NCBI GenBank assembly: GCA_963727445.1
Contig: CAVSGI010000009.1
Coordinates: 384,001 to 448,000, forward strand
Source: an uncultured delta proteobacterium
GTDB lineage: Bacteria > Myxococcota_A > Polyangia > Polyangiales > B10-G4
Direction: 5' to 3'
DNA: 64,000 nt
A program made the position numbers and the translations under genes. Below the pieces are notes generated by a model, which worked only from the letters and a program-made list of their open reading frames with translations, ran no database searches and was not told where the DNA came from. Numbering within the stretch: the first letter of the stretch is position 1; every line of letters starts with the position of its first letter. Below, piece after piece: positions 57,347 through 64,000 of this stretch.

Positions 57347-58105
57347 ATGGACGAGCTCGACGATATCCGGGGCATGCCGGGCCGGCGCCCCGGGATCTTC
57401 ACGGTGATCCTCTGGGCCATCGTCACCTCGGCGGCGGTCAGCATCGGCATCGCGTACGCGCAGCACTTCGTCGCGCTCCCAGGGCTCGAGCCCCCCGACG
57501 TCCAGGCGCCGGATCTCACCGCCATCTCCGAGGTGGCCGCGCGGCGACTCGCGGACGCATACGGCCTCCAGCTCGAGGTCGGTGAAAGCCAGCAGAGCGA
57601 AGAGGTTCCCGAAGGGCAGGTGATCGAACAGTCCCCCGCGGCGGGCACGTCGATTCATCCCGGCGGCAGCATCACCGTCACCCTCTCGAGCGGTCCGCCT
57701 CTGGTGGAGGTGCCGGACGTGCGCCGTCGCTCCGTCGATGACGCGCGGGTCGCGCTCGAGACCCTCGGTCTTTCGCTGGGCGAGGTCAGCGAAGGGGAGG
57801 GCGGCGAGCCGGGGAAGGTGATCTCCAGCGACCCCGCGGCTGGCGAGCGCGTCACCCGCGGCACTCCGATCGCGATCACCGCCGCGCCCGAGGCGCCGCC
57901 CGGGGTCGAAGTCCCGGACCTCTCTCAGATGCGCGCACACGAGGCGCGCCAGGCGATCGAGGCGGCGGGCCTGACGGTGGGCCGCGTGCGCCGGCGCTAC
58001 GACGATCGCCGCGGCCCGAACGTCGTGCTCTCCCAGGAGCCCGACGCCGGCACGCGCGTCGAGCCGGGGAGCGAGGTCTCCTTCATCGCGAACGAAGGCG
58101 TCTGA
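57347..58105 (+). CDS. Membrane-anchored PASTA-domain protein (3 PASTA)
   Basis: TM helix then three (A/V)PD(L/V)...VIxQxPxAG repeats. Confidence 0.85.
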   Translation: MDELDDIRGMPGRRPGIFTVILWAIVTSAAVSIGIAYAQHFVALPGLEPPDVQAPDLTAISEVAARRLADAYGLQLEVGESQQSEEVPEGQVIEQSPAAGTSIHPGGSITVTLSSGPPLVEVPDVRRRSVDDARVALETLGLSLGEVSEGEGGEPGKVISSDPAAGERVTRGTPIAITAAPEAPPGVEVPDLSQMRAHEARQAIEAAGLTVGRVRRRYDDRRGPNVVLSQEPDAGTRVEPGSEVSFIANEGV

Positions 58106-58175
58106 CCGGCGCTCCGTCCGGGGCGTCAGCGGAAGGCGCCGGAACGCGCGGTCGTCTTGGACCAGGCACTGGCGA

Positions 58176-59480
58176 TCAGGGCTCGGCGCTGAGGCGCGGG
58201 GCCCAGCGGACGTCGAGCGTGCGAGCGACGCCTTCGGGGCTCGCCACGGCGCGCACCTCGTCGGTGGAAGGAACGAGGAGGCTCCAGGCGGGCAGCCCCG
58301 TGAAGTCGCCGGTCAGGATCGTGCTGCCGTCCGGGCTCCACGACGCGCGGTCGCTGGTGGCGGTGGTGATCCGATGGGCCGACCCGTCGCGGGCGACCAC
58401 CCATTCGCCGGTGTCGCAGGTGACGTGGAATCGACTCCCGTCAGGCGACCAGAGGGGAGCGGGATGGACGACGCCGACGACCGGTGCACATGACTCGAGT
58501 GCGGTGTCGGTCGACTCGCCGCTGGGCTCGAAGATGCGGGCGCGCTCGATCACCGCGCCTGCGGCGTCGGTCTCCACGAAGAGCATGGCGCCGTCATCGG
58601 TCACTCCGTCGAAGAACGTGGGCGCGTCGAAGGACGCGAGGTCCGTCGGCGCCGAGCCATCGACCGGCACGAGGCGAACGCTGCTCACCGCGCCGGACGG
58701 GTCAGACTGCCGTGTGACGACGACCAGGCTCGCACGGGACGGATCGTAGGCGTAGACGTCCTCGTCGGCCATCAGCTCGACGGGCTGTGTGGCGCCGCTG
58801 TCGATGTCGAGGAGCACGTGGCTCAGGGTGTCGAGCGTGGGGCCCACCGAGGCGTAGAGACGACCATCGGGAAGCTCCAGGGAGTGCCAGACATTGTCAG
58901 TGCCCACGCGCCGCGCGGTTCCAGCGCGGTCTACGACGAAGGTCGCCACCTCCGTCAGCACCGGCATCCCGCCCACGAGATCCGAGTGGGTGCATCGCAC
59001 CAGCACCCCGTCCTCGTTCACGCGGATGAAGTAGTCGGGGATCGATTCGTCGCACAGACCGTCGTCGACCTCGCTCACGGCCGATGTCACGTCGAGCGTC
59101 AGGTCGGTAGTGACGTCCACCAGATAGGTCCGCACCGAGATGGAGGGCATCCCCGAGAGCGTTGCCGAGATGGAGACGGAGACCAGCGCGAGACGATCCG
59201 ACCCCGGTGTGATCTGGGGCCCCGGGCTCGACTCTTCGGTGGGAAACCCGGCGACCACGCGGCTCGGTCCATCCAGCTGGAACTGGTAGAGCGTGGTCGT
59301 CGTCCCATCGTCGTCCACGGTGAGGAGCCGGGGGAAGCCGTCGTGTGCTTCGCTGCACCCCGCGACCAATGCGCACAGTGCAAACACCGGAGCGAGGCAC
59401 GTGGAGGTCTGCGAAGTCCAACGTCCCGCCGCGGTGATCCGACCCCCGTCAGGCTCGGGCGCGAGGTGACCGTCAATCAT
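58176..59480 (-). CDS. Hypothetical lipoprotein, TolB/WD40-like propeller
   Basis: LVAGC lipobox; WSPDGS repeats; start uncertain. Confidence 0.65.
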   Translation of the reverse strand: MIDGHLAPEPDGGRITAAGRWTSQTSTCLAPVFALCALVAGCSEAHDGFPRLLTVDDDGTTTTLYQFQLDGPSRVVAGFPTEESSPGPQITPGSDRLALVSVSISATLSGMPSISVRTYLVDVTTDLTLDVTSAVSEVDDGLCDESIPDYFIRVNEDGVLVRCTHSDLVGGMPVLTEVATFVVDRAGTARRVGTDNVWHSLELPDGRLYASVGPTLDTLSHVLLDIDSGATQPVELMADEDVYAYDPSRASLVVVTRQSDPSGAVSSVRLVPVDGSAPTDLASFDAPTFFDGVTDDGAMLFVETDAAGAVIERARIFEPSGESTDTALESCAPVVGVVHPAPLWSPDGSRFHVTCDTGEWVVARDGSAHRITTATSDRASWSPDGSTILTGDFTGLPAWSLLVPSTDEVRAVASPEGVARTLDVRWAPRLSAEP

Positions 59481-59578
59481 GTTGTCAGTTTTTTCACGAA
59501 TCGCGACCGATGCGCACGCCCCAAAAGTGCGTTTTGTCGAAGACCGTGAGCGGCCCGGGCCTTGCACAGGGAAGGGTC

Positions 59579-60025
59579 ATGCTGCGGAAGACCCTCTGGC
59601 TCGCATGCGCGGGTCTCGCCCTGTCGTCCGGATGTGGGGACGCTACGATGCTCGAAGTGGTCGCGACGGGATTGCCCCTCGCGGAGGTCGGCCCGGATGC
59701 GGTCGAGCTCGACGACCTGGGCCGGGCTCAGTTCCCGGTGCGGGCCCGCACCGACGCGAACGTTCAACTGCGCATTCAGCGCGGGGACGTGGACATCGTT
59801 CTCGACTCGGTCTGCTTTCCGCCGGTCACCGAACCCACGCCACGGACGGAGGAACCCACCCCCCTCGACGCCATCACCCTCTTCATCCGCCGCGACCGCA
59901 TGACCTCGGAGTGTGTCCTGATCTCCTACGAAGCACGCCGGGGTGACGAGATCCTGCGCGGGGAATACGACCCGACACGCTTCGACGACGAGCCCTGTGG
60001 GCCTTTCGCCGCCCAGGAGCGCTGA
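59579..60025 (+). CDS. Small hypothetical lipoprotein
   Basis: Lipobox SSGC. Confidence 0.55.
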   Translation: MLRKTLWLACAGLALSSGCGDATMLEVVATGLPLAEVGPDAVELDDLGRAQFPVRARTDANVQLRIQRGDVDIVLDSVCFPPVTEPTPRTEEPTPLDAITLFIRRDRMTSECVLISYEARRGDEILRGEYDPTRFDDEPCGPFAAQER

Positions 60026-60095
60026 GCCGAGGACCGCCTCCGTCGCCCGCGAGCGGCTGTGAGATCGTTCTGACAGTCACCGGTAGCGCGACGCC

Positions 60096-62064
60096 TCAGT
60101 GCGGCGCGACCCCGAACCCGGCGCGGATGTAGTTCGCGGCGTTCGGGGCCGTGAGCTCGGGGCGGTAGGTGTGCCGCGAGAGGAGCCGCGCCGAGGCGGC
60201 GTAGTCGGCGAGCGTCGATCCGATGCCGAGGCTCGCGGCGTAGGAGTCGAGGTTGCGCGTCGGCTCGGGCGGATCCGAGTCGGCGGTGATGGCGCTGGCC
60301 TCGGTCGACGACATCCATGCGCCGAGTCCGCTCCGCATGCCGTCCACGCAGAACCAGCTGTCGGCGGCGCCGCTGCTCCGGTATGCGTTGCGCTCGAAGG
60401 TCAGGGCCGACGTGCCACCGTCCACGCTGATCAGGCAATCGTCGCCGCTCGTCGAGACCACCGTGTTGTCGCGGAAGGCGACCGAGTCCCAGCCCGCGTC
60501 GGCGCGCGACCAAAGCGCGCGGCGCCGTACGCCATAGATGACGTTGTCGTGGATGTTCACGCCGCGCTCGCTCCCACCGCTCACCGCGATGCCGTAGCCG
60601 TTGCCGAGGCCGGGCTGGTTCACGAGCAGGTTGCCGACCACTTCGGTCCCGTCGTTGTCGATCAGGTCGATGTACCAGGTCAGCGTTCGTGTCGTCGGCT
60701 GGCTCCGCCCGATGTCGGTGAAGACGTTGTCGCGGATAACCGCGTTGAGGAAGCGGTATTGGCTCGTGTCGTTGCCGCCCATGCTGATGCCGATCTCGCC
60801 CTCGGCGAAGACGTTGTTCTCGATCAGGATGTCGTCCGATGCGCCGCTCGCGTCTGGCGGCCATCTTCACGCCGATGCTCGAGGCGCGCAGGACCAGGTT
60901 GTCGCGTACGACGAGGCGGTTGTTGCCCGACAGGTACATGTCGTGGTCGTAGATGGTGGCGCAGGCCTCGGCGACGTCGGGGTTCCAGCCATTCTCGTCG
61001 AAGACGTTGCCCTCGATGACGAGCCCGTCACACGTGCCCGGCGAAGATGCCCGGAGGGCCGGTAAGTGTTGTCGCCGTTGGGATCGCGCGTCCCGTCCGC
61101 GTTGTAGGCGCAGGTGCCGACGTGATAGCTGCGGTAGACGACGTTGCGGCGGACCTCGACGTTCGGTCACGTTCTGAACGACGAATTCGCCGTACTCGAC
61201 GTAGTTGTCTTCGAGGAGGAGCGAGTGCCCGGTTCCGACGAATCGAAAGGCGCCGCCAGCGGCGCCGTCGAACGCCGGATCGTCCGGCACCTTGGGAAAC
61301 GAGATGAGCGCGAGGCCGACGACGGCGAGGAAGCTCCGGTCGTGCCCGTCGTCGTCGATGAAGGGCTTGTCGATCTCGAGACGCGGACGGTCGGTGGAGT
61401 CGCCGTAGCTGGCGACGACGAGCGGGTGGGTCGCGTCCTGACCGGACTTGAAGCGCCGAACGATGCGATCGCTGCCGATGTCCATGGCGCGCCACGTGTC
61501 TCCGCGGCTGAAGAGCAGGAAGTCGTGCTATCCGTCGCGCACCAGCTCGGCGCCGCGCGCCGGGGTCGCCACCGCGAGTGCCGGGCTCGACCCGTCGTTG
61601 GCGTCGTCGCCCTCGCTCGAGCTCACGTAGACGATGCGGGTGTCGGGGCCGGGATCGAAGGTGAGTAAGCCGCTCTCCTCGGCGCGCGGGCGGGCGGCCT
61701 CGGTCGTGTCCGATGAGCTCCAGCAACCGACATCCATCTGCCAATCGACCAGGCCGTCGCCGTCGTTGTCGATGCCGTCGTTGCACTCCGTGACGACGGG
61801 CTCCTCGCAGGCGCCGCAGTCGACCTCGCAGCTGTCACAGGTCTCGCCCTCGGCGCAGGTCAGATCACCGCAGACCAGCACCGGCCCGCTGTCCATGCCC
61901 CCACCGTCGCGCACGATCGACGAATCACCGCCACTGCCGTCGGCTCCGCCATCGCTGCCTCCACCGTCCGGGGTGCTGGTCGAGTCGCCACACGCCGCGA
62001 GGAGCACCATGGAGGAAAGGAGCAACGACGGGAGCCGCCGAGAGGTGATCCGTGGGACGCGCAT
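60096..62064 (-). pseudogene. Right-handed parallel beta-helix lipoprotein, disrupted in this sequence (in-frame TAG 61528-61530 and about four +1 shifts)
   Basis: Lipobox LAAC; ECNDGIDNDGDGLVD; YVSSSEGDDANDG; xIxxN.. beta-helix ladders across three frames; removing 4 nt restores a ~654-codon frame. Confidence 0.7.
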
Positions 62065-62377
62065 GGAGCGAGTCTACGCGACTCCCGTCCGCCGACTCGA
62101 GCCTCCCGCCGTACATCGCATGTGAGCCGCTCTGTTGCTGAGCATTGGGCCCGCGGTGGCCGAATGTGGAACGCCGACGCCAGCGCGAAGATCGTGTAAT
62201 GACCGCGATCTGTCTTACGATCGCCCCGTGTTCCACCTGCGACGCCCCACCGACGAGGCCCCGCGCTCTGCTCGCCCGCGTCGGCAAGCCCGTCGCCCGC
62301 CGTCTCCAGCGCCGCTTCCATGCGGAGTCGAAGGCACAGATGGTGGAGGCGGTGGACCAGGCACTAGTCAAGTAGTG

Positions 62378-62869
62378 CTAGAGAGTCTCGACCTTGCGCA
62401 GCGCCTCCACGTGCCACTCGGGAAGGCCGTGTGCGAGCGCGCCTTCGATCAACAACCGGAGGTATTCGGCCCGAGGCGGGACGGAAGAAGGCTGTCGGTA
62501 CTCGTCGGTGACGACGTAGAGCCAGGCGTGGGCCGTCTCTTCGTCCGCGAGCCTCACCTCGACGGGATCGGGGCCGCGGCGGTAGCGGCCGGGGTGCCCT
62601 TCCTTGCGATCGATGGCGGCCAGACCACGCGCGTCGACCTCGACCAGCGCGCCGGGAAGGAGGCCGCCCTCTTTCCGCTGCACGTTCGCCGCGCCGCCCT
62701 CGCGCGACGGAGAGCGGTAGTTCCAGACGAGCTCCCATCCGTGCAGCGTCGCGGCGCGCGCCCCCAGGATGCGTGCGTCCCCGAACGCCTTGTCGTCCAT
62801 CCACCGGCGCAGGTCCGCGAGGTGCATGTTGGAGCCGTATGCGAAGACGCGATGGATGTGCTGTCTCAT
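62378..62869 (-). CDS. Gamma-glutamylcyclotransferase family protein
   Basis: VFAYGSNM, GAAN, IDRKEG.P..Y, PRAEY....GA..HGLP. Confidence 0.88.
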   Translation of the reverse strand: MRQHIHRVFAYGSNMHLADLRRWMDDKAFGDARILGARAATLHGWELVWNYRSPSREGGAANVQRKEGGLLPGALVEVDARGLAAIDRKEGHPGRYRRGPDPVEVRLADEETAHAWLYVVTDEYRQPSSVPPRAEYLRLLIEGALAHGLPEWHVEALRKVETL

Positions 62870-63528
62870 CTCAGCATCAGCACGGCGAGCTCCGCCTCGT
62901 CGAGTGGGCGCGCGTAGATCACGAGGTCGTCGATGATTCCAGCGAAGAAGAGGCCGGGGGCGCCCGAGTTCTGGTCGGAGCCGATGAACACATCGTGGTC
63001 GTCGAAGGCCATGGGGCGAGCGATGGTCGTGCGCTCCATTCCGTTCACGTAGAGGCGCTTGTTCGTCCCGTCCCAGACGATGGCCACGTGCACCCACACG
63101 CCTGTCGTCGTGAAGACACCCGGAACCGAGTCGTAGTCGTCCGACGCGCCGTCGGTCGTGGCCGAGCCGAGCTCGTCGCCCCCCGCCATGCCGACTGTCC
63201 ACGAGTTGAAGAACGTGGCCCCGAACGCCTTGCCCGCGACGACCATCGCCGAGTCCGGTGTGACGTCGAGGGAGACCCACGCCGCAACGGTGAGGCCTGC
63301 GGGCGTCGCGAACGCGCTCGCCCGGCCTAAGATGCGGGCGTACTGCGTCGATCCGTCGAAGTGCGCCCCGTCTCCCGTGTGCCCCACGACTTGCGTTGGA
63401 CACGTCACCCCCACCATGCACGTGGCGTCGAGGCCGTTCCCCGACGCGTCGTCGATGACACCGTCGTCGGGCGGGGCGACCCCCAGCGCGAGCAGGGCCA
63501 CCACCGCGCGCGGAAAGGGACGTGGCAT
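62866..63528 (-). CDS. LamG/concanavalin-A-like domain protein
   Basis: DASGNG, FDG, TVAAWV, WVHVAIVWDG...RLYVNG, IG, FAGIIDDLVIYARPL. Confidence 0.82.
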   Translation of the reverse strand: MPRPFPRAVVALLALGVAPPDDGVIDDASGNGLDATCMVGVTCPTQVVGHTGDGAHFDGSTQYARILGRASAFATPAGLTVAAWVSLDVTPDSAMVVAGKAFGATFFNSWTVGMAGGDELGSATTDGASDDYDSVPGVFTTTGVWVHVAIVWDGTNKRLYVNGMERTTIARPMAFDDHDVFIGSDQNSGAPGLFFAGIIDDLVIYARPLDEAELAVLMLR

Positions 63529-63733
63529 TGACGCCAAAACGTAACACGCGCCGCGAAGCCCCAACGCTCGCTGGCGACCCGCTCGCCAACGGTCTCGTGG
63601 CGGCCCTACGAGCGGAGCGCTGTCGGCTCCTCTCCGTGATTGTGAGACAAACCACGTATGAAGGCCGGGGAAAGCATAATTAAATCAACGTGTCCTTGCA
63701 GAATTTGCGAGGTAGACCACGTTCTTGGTCTTC

Positions 63734-64000
63734 ATGAACACGAACGTACATCTCCTTCGCCTCCTTCTTCCTCTACTCGTCGCCCTGAGCGCCGCTGGCT
63801 GCGGTGACGACAGCCGGCGGCCACCTCCCTCGGGCGACAGCGGCGTCGGCGACGGGGGCGACGGGGCCATGCCCGACTCGACGATGCCCGACGCGCCCAT
63901 GGACGCCGGGGACCTCTGTGTCGGCGTCGACTGCTCGGCCATGGACGACGCGTGCAACTCCGGTGTGTGCAACCCGGCCACGGGTGCTTGCATGAAAGAA
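63734..64000 (+). CDS. Cys-rich lipoprotein (5' part; runs off the right edge)
   Basis: Not in the ORF track. MNTNVHLLRLLLPLLVALSAAGCGDD...DLCVGVDCSAMDDACNSGVCNPATGAC. Confidence 0.75.
   Translation, partial: MNTNVHLLRLLLPLLVALSAAGCGDDSRRPPPSGDSGVGDGGDGAMPDSTMPDAPMDAGDLCVGVDCSAMDDACNSGVCNPATGACMKE

Noticed and set aside
61528..61530. In-frame TAG as possible pyrrolysine or stop-codon recoding
   Set aside because: TAG ends other genes here normally (e.g. 20307, 34308, 62378), no pyl genes are present, and the same gene has several other lesions.
62145..62375. Small + strand ORF between the beta-helix and GGCT genes
   Set aside because: No recognisable motif or clear RBS; cannot be supported.

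Overview
High-GC chromosomal window, most likely from a myxobacterium (Myxococcota, Polyangia-like). This is inferred from a MYXO-CTERM-tailed surface protein, a Ser/Thr kinase-TPR/PEGA-RCC1 module, a DUF1552/DUF1592 pair, many Cys-rich lipoproteins and sigma54-type promoters. It holds about 55 genes; I saw no rRNA, tRNA, CRISPR array or mobile element. Main content: (i) a 7-gene lipid operon at the left end (HAD-like, fatty acyl reductase, extended SDR, pyruvyl-transferase-like, crotonase, ACP, acyl-CoA ligase) resembling a split myxobacterial elb ether-lipid cluster; (ii) a sulfotransferase/SSS versus IlvC-like/MMPL divergon; (iii) many secreted hypothetical proteins. The most striking unannotated signals are non-coding. 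At 16565-16810 two apparent small RNAs are transcribed divergently, each with its own promoter and terminator, and are complementary to each other over a 24-nt SD/anti-SD-like motif (candidate sRNA plus antisense/sponge pair). At 7279-7467 lies a sigma54-preceded, highly structured ~160-nt RNA with a duplicated 13-mer. Several genes carry single-base frameshifts; five of them convert GATC to GANTC, suggesting a methylation-linked sequencing artefact rather than real pseudogenes.
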